From Tubulanus polymorphus (taxonomy: Eukaryota > Animalia > Nemertea), in NCBI RefSeq assembly GCF_964204645.1, contig NC_134036.1, positions 3,934,400-3,998,399 on the forward strand: DNA of 64,000 bases. The letters run 5' to 3'. This document shows, piece after piece, positions 21,794 through 33,495 of the stretch. The position numbers were made by a program, and so were the translations under genes. A model generated the notes under the pieces. That model was not told the DNA's origin. It did not search any database and worked only from the letters and a program-made list of their open reading frames with translations. Position 1 is the first letter of the stretch, and every line of letters starts with the position of its first letter.

Positions 21794-24700
21794 TCATTTT
21801 CTTCTTTTATTCTTTGCTCGTATGGATTTCATATCGATAGTCAGTATGGTGTAAAGAAGGGGATTGAGGGACGAGTTGATCGGCAAGAAAAGAACCGCCA
21901 GCCAAGCCGCCACCTGATTCGGTATTTTTACCCCGAATACGGCGCAAAACTGGACGATAATTAACGGCAACCAGCAAAATAAATTACAAAGATTGATCAC
22001 CAAACTCCTACGTGCCAGAATCAGTTCTGTAGGGTCGATTCTCCCAGAGCCAGACCTGCTTCCAGATACGAGTCTGTACATTTGCGCATATGTCCCCATT
22101 ATTGTAGCAAGTATGACAGAGTTAAACACGGCAAAAATAGCGAATGAATATTGCCAGGCGTTGACATCAATGGTGATTAAATTCATAGGTAAACAAACAC
22201 CGGTAGTGCCGTAGAAATTATCTCCAAAGTAAGGGTAAGGCGCTAGAGGCAGCAATGCAATGCCACTCAAAACAATCCAACATGTACAGCAAATAATGGA
22301 CACAAATCTTTGAGATTTCAGGTTTCCAGAAAATGGATTAACGATATTTGAATATCTGTGGCGCGTCATGATTAATAGAAACGTCAATGACCCTTCACAA
22401 GAGATTGACACAACGACCCCTGCAAGATGACAAAATACACTTCCCGTCCAAGATTCGGAATTAAGGAAATAGAAACCTTTGAAGATGTAATCTGCCCCGG
22501 CGATCAGGAATAGATAAACCGACATCATAAAATCGCAGACAGCTACATTGATGATGAGGATATCCGAGGATGGATTGGATTTATCAGAAGAAAATCGAAT
22601 CGCTTGAACGCGAAGAGAAATGACTATTCCGTTAGCGAAAAAGCTGAACGAAGCGATCACCCAAATGACGGTTCTGAGGACCGTGTTACCCATCAGGTCT
22701 GAACAAGAGGAGAACGGGTCGGGTTTTGGAAAACATTCATCGACATTGGGTACCATGCAGCAAAACTTGTAAGCATCTGATCTCAGGGAGACTAATGATG
22801 TCAAATTGTCGAAAACGTTTCTGTCGACGGAAACGACTTTCGAGTTTTCGGACAAATCAAGGATTTCAAGCGTCGTCAGCCCGGAAAATGCGTAAAGCGA
22901 AATACGATCGATTCTGTTAGCGCTGATGTTTAAAGACAGTAAAGCAGAAAGACCCGCAAACGAGTATTCATAAAGCGACAGCATTGAAAGTCCGTGAAGG
23001 TCGAGAGATTGGAGAGACCTCAAACCTTGGAAACTGCCTTCTTCTAAATAAGTCAGTGGATTTCTTGTGATGAACAGTTCTTTCAAACTATACAAACCGG
23101 CGAACGTGTTTGCGGATAATGACGTAATGGTGTTATGGGTAAGGTCTAATGTATATAGATTATGTAGGTTTGAGAATGAGTTCGGTAAAATGTGAGACAA
23201 TTCGTTGGAGGAGAGGTTGAGCATGCGAAGATAGACGTATGGGGAAAATGTTGACGGGTCCAAGATAATTTGATTTTTCGACAAAATTAAGACTCGAGTT
23301 GATGTAGAAAAGAGACCACTTATATTTGTTAAACGAACATTGTAGCATTCGATCGAATGACCTTGGCACTGACAGCCTCTAGAGCACGTGGCACTGCAGA
23401 AAGCCTCATCATCAGTTGTATGTTTACAATTTACGACACCATTACAAACTTCGGATTGTGGGATACATCGATTTTCCTGGCCACATTTAAACATTCCCGG
23501 ACATGAAAATGTCTCGCAGTTTTCTTCGTCTTCTGAATTAGGACAATCTGATTGACCATCGCACACCTGGCTGATCGGTATACAGTACGATGCTGGACAT
23601 TTGACAGTGCCAGCTGGACATTCAAATTCTTCACATCTCAATACGTGCTCAAGATTTCTACAAACTGGGTAACCATTCAGCAATCTCTCTAGAATACACC
23701 TGTGACGTCTTAAATAACAATGAGGAGAATTGAAAGAACATCTTTGTTCATCAGATTCTGTGCATAGAGTTGTGAAGTTAGTCGTACATTGGTTTTCATT
23801 ATCGCAATGAACGGTTGGATTTACCGTAATATTAGTAGCTGCAACTATTTCATCTTCTTCAAGGCTACCACTACAATCCACGACACCATCCTGATACAAC
23901 TGAGAACTGATACAGTCTCCACTGTTACACAGGAACCCCTGACACGGTTCAGTGGTGCATCCCATTTCATCGGAGTCGTCTTTACAATTAGTGACTGCAT
24001 TACATCTGTTCGACCTACTAATACATTGACCATTTTCACAGCGAAATTGTTCAGACAAACACGGGGGATGAAAACACGAGTTCTCATCGGAACCATCCAC
24101 GCAATCCTGTATGAAATCACAGAATCCACTTATTGATATGACTTGACCATCGTAGCATCTGAAATGACCGTGTAAATTGTTAACCGAACAATCGAGTTCA
24201 TCTTCACCGTGTTGACAGTCGTGTCTGGTATCACATACGCGATGGTCGCTGATACATCTTCGATCGTTACATTCAAACTGCCACGATTTACAACCGCTTA
24301 TAGAAGCTAACTCTTCGCTAGTTACGTTGCATGAACACAAAACAGAATGTGCTTTATCTGTTCTATTTTCCCAGGGAATCAATAACCAATTAACCGATTT
24401 ATTGTATGTTATTTCATCTCTGGTAACAACTGGTTTCAGTGTCCTCCATTGATTGTTAGAACCCTTAGTAAGAATAGCGCCATATTGGTGCTGATAACGA
24501 AACCTTCCAACCAAATTTTCGACATCTGTCGCCACCGATATCTCACCTATATCACCGCAGATGCCACGACACATTTCTCTCGCGCTTCCAAAATCTAAAC
24601 TTCGGTTTTCGTTCCAATTTGTCAGTATTTGAAGACATCGTCCGGCTATACCTACCCAACCTCGTGTACAGGTTGCGTTGAACATATTGTTATCAACCTT

Positions 24701-25030
24701 ATCCCGATTCCCAGTCGGAGACGTTTCGTTATCCGTCTTATTGCTATCTTTCCCAGTTTTATCGATGTTGATTCTGTCCGTTTCGCACATGAAAGTCGTG
24801 TGAACCTCGTCGATTTTGCAGGGGAATCGAACCCAGTTCGCCGAACCTCGCGGATTATTCAGTATCATCGCTGTACACGGCATATTGACGTCATTTATCG
24901 GTTGTTTCCTTACAGCAGATATCAAACCTTGAATAACTTCTGGTATCGTTTCGTTGCTACTCGGTGTCCGGTACCACTCTGTGTAGCTCATCGGTTTTCC
25001 ATCGGTCCACGTATAACGACCAGTTGTCAG
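21794..25030 (-). CDS. GRL101: Copy 3 exon 3: CTLD C-half, LDLa, LRR, 7TM (1078 aa)
   Basis: ORF 21794-24991 extended to acceptor at 25030; nearly identical to copy 2. Confidence 0.95.
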   Translation of the reverse strand: MTTGRYTWTDGKPMSYTEWYRTPSSNETIPEVIQGLISAVRKQPINDVNMPCTAMILNNPRGSANWVRFPCKIDEVHTTFMCETDRINIDKTGKDSNKTDNETSPTGNRDKVDNNMFNATCTRGWVGIAGRCLQILTNWNENRSLDFGSAREMCRGICGDIGEISVATDVENLVGRFRYQHQYGAILTKGSNNQWRTLKPVVTRDEITYNKSVNWLLIPWENRTDKAHSVLCSCNVTSEELASISGCKSWQFECNDRRCISDHRVCDTRHDCQHGEDELDCSVNNLHGHFRCYDGQVISISGFCDFIQDCVDGSDENSCFHPPCLSEQFRCENGQCISRSNRCNAVTNCKDDSDEMGCTTEPCQGFLCNSGDCISSQLYQDGVVDCSGSLEEDEIVAATNITVNPTVHCDNENQCTTNFTTLCTESDEQRCSFNSPHCYLRRHRCILERLLNGYPVCRNLEHVLRCEEFECPAGTVKCPASYCIPISQVCDGQSDCPNSEDEENCETFSCPGMFKCGQENRCIPQSEVCNGVVNCKHTTDDEAFCSATCSRGCQCQGHSIECYNVRLTNISGLFSTSTRVLILSKNQIILDPSTFSPYVYLRMLNLSSNELSHILPNSFSNLHNLYTLDLTHNTITSLSANTFAGLYSLKELFITRNPLTYLEEGSFQGLRSLQSLDLHGLSMLSLYEYSFAGLSALLSLNISANRIDRISLYAFSGLTTLEILDLSENSKVVSVDRNVFDNLTSLVSLRSDAYKFCCMVPNVDECFPKPDPFSSCSDLMGNTVLRTVIWVIASFSFFANGIVISLRVQAIRFSSDKSNPSSDILIINVAVCDFMMSVYLFLIAGADYIFKGFYFLNSESWTGSVFCHLAGVVVSISCEGSLTFLLIMTRHRYSNIVNPFSGNLKSQRFVSIICCTCWIVLSGIALLPLAPYPYFGDNFYGTTGVCLPMNLITIDVNAWQYSFAIFAVFNSVILATIMGTYAQMYRLVSGSRSGSGRIDPTELILARRSLVINLCNLFCWLPLIIVQFCAVFGVKIPNQVAAWLAVLFLPINSSLNPLLYTILTIDMKSIRAKNKRRK

Positions 25031-25876
25031 CTGAGAAAATAGAATAAAATATTGTATCAGTCATATAAAAAACCCAAACAACGCTCAATTACCTTCCACC
25101 TGCTTCGCTCCCGGAAAGTGCGTTGGGTTTTAAGGGACACAATATCAGATGAAATCTACCAATCGAATGATAACGGGGTAAATCGGTATTCTAAGATTTA
25201 AAAAATACACGTAAAAATGCCACGTAAAAATTAATGAATAACGTCCGAAAAGCGATAGTTCGTTCATAGCACCCCAACTGGTCCTCTTTTCAAAAAAGAT
25301 ATAAATTTCATCATTATTTTGAAAAATAATTGAATTCCATGATCTAATTCAACTGCAGATTGTCAATACACTCAAAACACGCTCCCACCTCCACTTCTGA
25401 ATATATTTCGTCATAATATTGACCTCCACTCCCACTGACTAAAAGACTAAAAACTAAACTTTGCGCAAGCTGCTTTACACGAATCCAAATTATACAGCAA
25501 AAATCTTTATTAGCCCAGATGCCTTGTATCTGGTGAGTTAATCATTATTTTCTCCGTTTATCAACACCAGCCTGAATTAACTATCTTTCTTATTTAAAGA
25601 CAAAACTTTTTTGAAATACTTGTAACTATTCGTTTCCGTATTAGTTAAACCTGGTATGTGTTATTATATTTTCAAATTCTATACTCATCACCTAATTTAT
25701 TATCGTTATCTCGATGTCGTTATCAATGTTGTCATTATAATAATCGTGGGGGCTTGCACTAGAACCCCCGTATTAAGTAATCAATTAAAAACTCTTATTG
25801 ATTGTTCATTTCCTTATACGAGAAATATTTCGTAGCTTTTCTCTATATTCTCTAATATTCAATAGATTTAATGCAC

Positions 25877-27256
25877 CTGTAATTTCAAACCGATCATTAT
25901 TATGAGCGCTTTTCTAGAAAATGCCATCTTCATCAGAGGATTTACAGCGAATAACGTTTTGATAGCCATCATCTCCTGTTGTGAGTTGATACTGAGTAGA
26001 TGTCCCGCGTACTTCTGTCTACAGTACAATTCAGCTTTCTCCCAATTCAGACGTACTTTTCTGATGAATTTCACGCAGGAAAATCCCGAATCTAAAAGCC
26101 CTGCTGATTCGCAGACATTGCCGCGTTGTTTCGGCATTAGATTCTGTTCTAAGACGTATTGTACGCGAAATCTGGGCATTCTGTTTTTCACCTCGATCCA
26201 CAGCGATCTTTCCTGCAGACTATAGAATGTAACTCCCGGTACACCGTACATTTCGCATAGTTTATCCTCGTGACGGGCGTTACTACTGTCTTTGCCATAT
26301 ATGGCATTGTGGCTGATCTCCTGCACGAATACAACCGCTTCTGTTTTGTATCGCGATTCTTTGATGCACGGCACTTCTTCCATATCTTTGATAACGAAAC
26401 GGTAATACTGAATTCGCGTACTGTTCAGCGTGAACCCGACGTTGTATTTCAAGACGACGTTGGAACTGCCGGCCGTTCCCGGGTAGTTCGGCGACTGCAC
26501 GATCCCGCAATCCACTTCACCTCGCTTCATCGTGTCGATGTGATCGCTGTGCTTTCTCAAGCTTTGGCAGGTGCGCTGCAATTCAACAATGTAGGCGAAT
26601 CTCCAGAACAAATCGGCCTTGTTGATTTTGACCGTGTACTTGAAGAGGACACTGCTGCTGCCACTGTTGTTGCTGGTGTTGAGACGCTGGCTAGTGAGCG
26701 GCATGGCGCGTTTACATGTATGGGTAGGGGACATATGATCGGGCACGCACGAGCCGATTTCGTATTCGTACGGCGTCAATATGTAAATACTACGTGGCGC
26801 AACCTGTCGTTTTTCGGGCATAATCCTGAAACAGCGCGACGTCACCGTAACCCGGCGCTCTCCTTGTCGCAGAGTGTAGCCGTCGCAGTCAGATGGACGT
26901 AACATCAATTTCGCTTTCCTCCGATCGTAAACCAACCTCTTGCCCTGACAATTGTATGTGTAGCCAACTACGATAACCGGGCCGCCCGAGGTAATCAGAC
27001 TGACGACGCTGCGTCGATAACCCGACGAATTGGGGCAATACGGGCCGTATCGTCTAGCCGTGAAATTACCACCGTCGTATATGTAAAATCCGACGTTTTC
27101 GCAATCAACCGATAACACCCCTAGTTCGAGACTCTGTTCAGTTATTTGGACTTTCCAGGTGAATTCGTACGCGTTTACGTTATATTTCAACGTCCTAGTT
27201 GGAAATGGAAGCATCATGTAATATGCCAATGGCGCTGAAGCAAGATAGCCGCGTAT
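25877..27256 (-). CDS. Copy 3 exon 2: CUB-like domains plus CTLD N-half (460 codons)
   Basis: Conserved acceptor ttcag|ATA and donor CAG|gtgcat. Confidence 0.9.
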
Positions 27257-27669
27257 CTGAAATAAATTCGAAGGAATTAATGAATTCAGTGGCAGTATAA
27301 TTAAGATATGGTCGACCCCTGATATACCGCCAACATCGGTAATCTAAAATTTCAGCGGTATATTGTTAATTTTGACTACTTTTATGACAAAAAACACAAA
27401 GCACAGAATATACAGCACTGGAAAACCCTGGCTCTACGTGGGGATATTCGGTTTAACATCATTAATACGAAATCATAGAAATTTGAAATGTGATACGGAA
27501 TCATTTAGTTGAGTATTTCGTATTATAACAACTGACTCTAAAGTTGTAAAAGAGGTCGGAACATAATCTATTCGATCATTCAATTATTCCGTCAGCTCCT
27601 GCCACAACAACAAACACATTTGTGTTAGTAAACATCAATCGAGACAAAAATCAGTATTCCCGCACTTAC

Positions 27670-28884
27670 CGAAGGCTTATGAATGCGAAACTCTGATAAT
27701 GAAAGCAATTTCATTCTGAATTCTATTCTTACATTCATATTTGTGATGTTCGGTCTGGTAAGAACGCACAGTATGACGAGAAATCCTTCAGATTTGAGAC
27801 TCAGTGATTTCAGGTAGTTGTAACCGAGTAGAATATCAGTTCCTACAACGCGTAACCCTTCTTGTTTATAAACACCGATGACGTCATCGGATGTGACGAG
27901 ATCACGTGTCCACTTGAAGACGACATACTGTAACACCTGCACTGTGATAGACCAGCAGTGTAAGTCTTTTGATCGAGTTATTACGTGTAAACTGTTGTCA
28001 TCTGGAATGAGCACTCCCGACTCGTTATTATAGATCTGAATCAACGGATTAGAGACGTTCCAATCCGATATTCTGTACATCTGGATTAAAAGCTCAGTCG
28101 TTGTCCTGCGTTGATCCGACACGAAAATTGTGGCTTTTTTCGTTTTGGTATAAAACGATGACGGCTGCTGTCCGCTTTGAACACCTATAAGCGCTATCGG
28201 TTCACTGCTGATGTTCCAGCCATCGTAGATTCGAAAACTCGCCGCTGGATCGACACCGGCACCAGGGTATAGTATCAGGTCCAGATCTACGAATGTGAAA
28301 TTCATCGCCAAACCATACGGGATGTCGGTCCATTCGATGAACAACTGACATCGGAAATTAAGGAACATTGAGAATTTGTATCCGGTCGATGTTTTTAACT
28401 TATTCACTTTAAAAAACGATCTCCCGCAGCTGTGAGTGATTCTCAATTGACTTCTTTCGTAACGATATATAATATAAACCCGACTACCTCGAGCACCATC
28501 GACGTTACTTCTAAACATCAACGAGAGCGAATCGTTACGAACGATGTCGTATTTTCCGTTACCGCAAATGGTCTTCCCGTCGACGAATAGGTAGTTATCA
28601 TTGCAGAATATTGACAGTTCGATATCGTAGTACGTTTCGACGTGAAAAATTCCCGGTAAAGAGCTGTTGACGAACCAACGACATTCAACACCGCGCGTTA
28701 ACGAAGGGTAATTCGGTGAAACGATGTAACCGGACGTTGAATCTAGCGGGTACCACGTGTTGTTACAAGACGAACTTACCGTCACAGACGATTCCTCGAT
28801 AGAGTCTGCGCGATCAGCGAGCGCGATGCGAACTCGACAGACGATCAGTGTCGTTATGAACAGCGCTCTTAGTCGCTGCTCCAT
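27670..28884 (-). CDS. Copy 3 exon 1: signal peptide plus CUB domains (405 codons); predicted protein 1943 aa
   Basis: ORF 27625-28902; ATG-GAG at 28884; donor TCG|gtaagt. Confidence 0.88.
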
Positions 28885-30276
28885 ACGGAATAACATAAAC
28901 ACGTTGATGAAAATTTAGAATTCTAAAATCAGTCCAATCGAAGAATCCATTGCTCTGCTGGAGTCATGAATACTTCAACTACTCGCTTGCTTCATCTCAA
29001 ATGATTTCCTCACTATATCGACGACGCCCGCGGGGTATGTATACATCGTGTTCTCCAATGGAATCCATTCCCTGCGACATCATTTTTTAGGATATCGTAT
29101 TTGATTTCCTCTTGGATTTCTGACTCTGCAGCTTTTGAGTTCGACATACATCTAGGCATACATAGATAATATCGACATCTGCTAACTGATTGGTTTTTGA
29201 AATGAAAATTAACTATTTTTTTGAGAATTTAGCAACGTATTGATAATTTGACCTGGAAAATTCTAAAACCTCAACATTTTGTCTTATCATTTTAAAATGG
29301 AAATGCCTTAAGGAATAAATGCTTTTAGCCCTCCAAAATACCCCTTAATACCCGGCTTCCCTAAAGATTAATACTTGTACAGTGAAGCCCGCTTCAAATC
29401 GGATTACTCCGACTACCAAAAATCCGACCTTAACAGATTTTAATATCAATCTAACCATACCTTTCGCATCAAATGATTTCTTGTTCGCTTTCTCACTATC
29501 TTTTAAAAAAAAATATATTTCAATCTAAGCACCTCTTTCTCGAGACTCTTTTGCCTTTAAAAATTTCCCAAATTATTCTACAAAATAATAATTCACTATT
29601 TTTGGAATCATAAAAAAGACGTCTATTCTCAGGATTAAAATATCATCAGGACCTAAAATTAAATACTTATTTGCTGTCGATAGAAATCTTCTTCGCTGCA
29701 GTCAAATTCAATCTGCAACAACACGAGGCTGAGCACTCCTATTAGAAATCAATTCGTATTATCGTTACCATATCTTTCAAATTTATGTAGAGATAAATTC
29801 TTGATTGAAGATAAACAACAAACACTAGATATAAGACATTTCATCATCAAACGTTTAACAAGTGATCGTCGGCACTTGAGAATCGAAAAATGATCAGTAA
29901 ATACTTGCCATTCAGGATTTTATCACAGGCGATGATTGGAGATGAACGACAAACACTAGATATGTTATAAGACATTTTATCGCCACAGTATTAATGGTTG
30001 ATCGTCCAAATCCACCACGTAAAATCCCCCGGTGAATATCCCCGTGGGTAAAAATAATACCATAGGTAAAAATCACCCGAAGTTCAGTTTTAAACTAGTG
30101 TATAAAACTAAGATAAAAATACCCAGATAATGTTTTGATAAAGATTTTGCGATATTTGAACACCGATATTTTATTATGACTTTCGAATTATTTTTGTTTT
30201 CATAGAAATCATCAAAACTACATTTCAATTTTGATGCATGTAACTTGCATGCTTGCTGAAAGTCACAGAATAATGT

Positions 30277-30463
30277 TATATGAATATGATTACATTATAA
30301 TAACATTTATATATATTTTGATCACCGTCAAATGTCACTGTTATTTCTATGATATTTGTAATTGCTTGTAATGTCCTCTGGACCTGGGCATGTATTTATT
30401 TTGTATATACTATTGACTTTGTTTAATGAAATTTATTTGTACTAAAAAAAGAGAGAATAATGT
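30277..30463 (+). mobile_element. Retroposed insertion with a 10-bp TSD and A-rich tail
   Basis: agaataatgt is duplicated at 30267-30276 and 30454-30463; the empty site is seen in spacers 1 and 2. Confidence 0.75.
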
Positions 30464-31081
30464 CATTCTGATATTTTGACTAATACCATACAGAATTTGG
30501 GATTTATGATAATCTATCAAAACTTATGAATATGAGAACATGGAGACATTTAAATCAGTTGAGAATCACTATATCCGTGATAAGACGATGAGTGAAAATC
30601 CCACAATATATGTACGAATCTAAAAAGTTCATTAAAAAAATTCTAGATATTTCGGGTGGTCGCTACCACCCTTCATCGGTCCAAAAGGACATGTCAAATA
30701 AATATGGTATTTAGCTGACATTTAGTTGCATTTTGTTTTGAAATTCAATTTGGGGGAAATTTTACCTACAGGGGATATTTACCTAGGGATTTGACCTACT
30801 GGAATTATTACGGAGGGATTGTTAACTGTTGCGACATTTACCTTGCGTTTAGTATTTCTTCTGAGAAATCTCCAAATTGAGATGAAATACTAACACCAGA
30901 AATTGGACATTTCATCAGCATACATTCAAAAACTGATCATCTACACCTAACACTACGGGGCGCTATCCATTATTTGTAATTCTAACATCTTGCCTAAATT
31001 TATGAAACCCCGATCAAAGTAATTATAGTGGGAATATTGGATGGATAATATTGTCATGAAATGATCATTTGAATAGATATA

Positions 31082-31700
31082 TCAACACCTTGAAACTGTG
31101 GTTGATACACGATAGATTCTTCTTTGAAATATCTTACAGTCATATGAAAATGTGTTAACCTTAGCTGAATTGATATGAAAACTTTTCAACTGAAATTCTA
31201 TAAACTTCGAATCTGCGCAGTATAGTTTAAACATTATACAATCGTGGATATAAAGGGTATAGTTATGCACCAGGGGAAGCTTGAGATAAACATAGACGTA
31301 ACTGGTGGTGCTGCAATATAGGTTATACCTGCAGCGCTTGATGTCTCGTTATAGAACGACACATCCTATATACGTATGGTTGAGATATGCCTATAACAAT
31401 ACACGTCTCCATAGATAAAGGTGTCTGAAGCGTGCAGACGATATCCAAACTGACTGACGCCTCAATATTGGCTTTTCGCCTTACGCGCTGAAACGTTAGC
31501 TCCGCGCTGCAGTCTTTCTTGACCTGGTTGTACGCGGCGGGTCTAGAGAAAATTGGAAGCCCCGAAGGAAAATAAGATGCATCTCCCTGATAAACGGGTT
31601 CCATCCTCACAGTGTTCGATATATTTGATGAAATCCATCTAAAACTAAACACGCGTTCAGTACTTGTGTAGTTGTACGGAACATGCAATATAGATAAGAG
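31082..31700 (-). pseudogene. Fossil coding relic, possibly CUB-like exons (homologues ~8990-9435, ~20055-20500, ~42365-42810)
   Basis: A 136-aa ORF ends at CAG|gtataa, then an in-phase acceptor ctcaag|CTT leads into FKLYCADSKFIEFQLKSFHI..YDC. Homologues in other spacers are frameshifted. Confidence 0.45.
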
Positions 31701-31756
31701 AAACACCAAATACAAATACACTATCAAATACACAAATACACAAATACACTATCAAC

Positions 31757-31970
31757 ATTTTCCTATATCTTTCGAAAGCTTTTGAAACTCTTGATTGTAT
31801 TAAACGTCTGGAGAACGTCCAACACTTCGGTAAAAGCGATGTAACTCTTAACTGGATTTAATCGTTTCTTTTTGAAAACTACGGTCAATGTTGTGTTTAT
31901 TTCTCTTCTTCCTTCTAAAAGTGGTGTCCCCCAAGGAACAATCCTAGGGCGTTCTCTATTCTTATTGTTT
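31757..31970 (+). mobile_element. Degraded non-LTR retrotransposon reverse transcriptase fragment (CR1/L2/Jockey-like)
   Basis: Translates as IFLYLSKAFETLD...HFG..VTLNWI*SFL then, after a frameshift, SGVPQGTILGRSLFLL. This matches RT motifs DLSKAFD and GVPQGSILGP. Confidence 0.85.
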
Positions 31971-32639
31971 CATGGAAAAATTCAATTGAATTATTTTCGT
32001 TGTTTTCTTTTCAGTGTCACTATAACTGATTCCTGGGGCGAAGGCAGATGACTTTCGGTGAACTAAAGCATCGAATTGACAAAGGTAAGGGGTTGTAATG
32101 AAGAGAAAATAGTTACTAGTATCTTAGTCAGTTTTCAAGGCCTGGGTTATTTCATCCTAGGGTACCCTAATCATTCTTTATAGTCACTATATATTTTTGA
32201 TTGACGTTTTCTCCATTGAGTACACTTATTAGGCTCATTGACGTATTAAATCGATCGGTTAAGTGTATATCCGCGTATTAGCCACCCTACCAGCACAATC
32301 CGAAAATACGCATGAATAACCATGAATAACCATCCCAAACTTTCTTAGTTTCATCGCTTTGCCTTTAGAAATAAGCAAACCAATGCATTTGATGGTCTGA
32401 AATGTTCAATGGACCCTAGCTTTCCCTAATCCATTTACCAAGTGTTGCTTTGATTTCGTTTGTTTCGTCAATTACTAAAAATATATAAATGGGATAATCG
32501 CGCATATGTCCCCATTAAACACGGCAAAAATAGCGAATGAATATGGGCGTTGACATCAATGGTGTTTTCGGTACGAGGAGTAGGCCTACCCTACTAAAGT
32601 TGTTTTATCGTTTCATGAAAACAGACAACAATGCTTGCT

Positions 32640-33330
32640 TTAATTCCGCTTGATCTATCGTTGCTTCCAAACGTAATGTCGCTCAAGGATCAATACTTGG
32701 ATTTTCAGTTTTCTATTTGTTTTCCATCTGGTCAATTCGTGTACATGCATTACATATACACTATTTCCACAAAGTATATCGCATTATTCTCACATCAATA
32801 TCATACTCTTGACGAATAGAACTCGATCGGGTTTTCTTCGGCAGGAACCATAGGTCGTCTTCTGAATTTCTGGGCGTATTTCAGATTCCATGGTGAATTG
32901 ATGTAAAGTGAATGTAAAATGCGAGTTTATGACAACAAGTTTTATTAGTACAGTGTAGTGCTGTTCGCGATTACATCGAAAGTATTTTACTATTAAAATA
33001 ACGATTAATCTTCCTTCAAAGACCAGTGCCCGGTTGCTCGAATCCACCGGTTATCTTGACCGACCTTTGAGCAACCGACCCCGGGTCGCTATAAACCTTT
33101 TATAGTTTGCAACATCGAATTCGAATTGGCAACAAAACTTCGACCAACGCATGGAACTCCAGGGTGCCTGCAAAGCGGTTACATCAACGTTATACATACA
33201 GATACAGATAGACCAGATACAGATACAGAAGTCAATCGTTAAAACCGACGGTTTGGTAATGTTAATGTCTTAATCGATTTGGCATTTTAAGGGTATAGTA
33301 GTAACAATGTGACAACTTGGTAACACAGCA
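32640..33330 (-). pseudogene. Second fossil coding relic downstream of the receptor stop codon (homologues ~9830-10580, ~20900-21640, ~43200-43945)
   Basis: Diverged versions keep peptide similarity (FCCQFEFDVANYKRFIATR vs FLGCNFRLDIANYNEFITTR; QFTMESEI vs QFTVE/SEI) despite stops and frameshifts. Confidence 0.5.
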
Positions 33331-33419
33331 CACATCACCTGGCTTGGTACAAACCGGCAAAACAGGACAGAAGTCTGAGTTGGAAATTGGAAAATAAAAT
33401 TGGAAATCACAAAAAGTCA

Positions 33420-33465
33420 GTAAGTCCGAGTTGGGCATCACCGAGTTGGGCGAGGTCGACTGTAA
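33420..33465 (-). mobile_element. Tc1/mariner(pogo)-type MITE terminal remnant
   Basis: The minus strand reads TACAGTCGACCTCGCCCAACTCGG with repeated CCAACTCGG; the partner end was not confidently found. Confidence 0.35.
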
Positions 33466-33495
33466 GCTATTTTATTTTCGTTACTAAAAAGTTTT

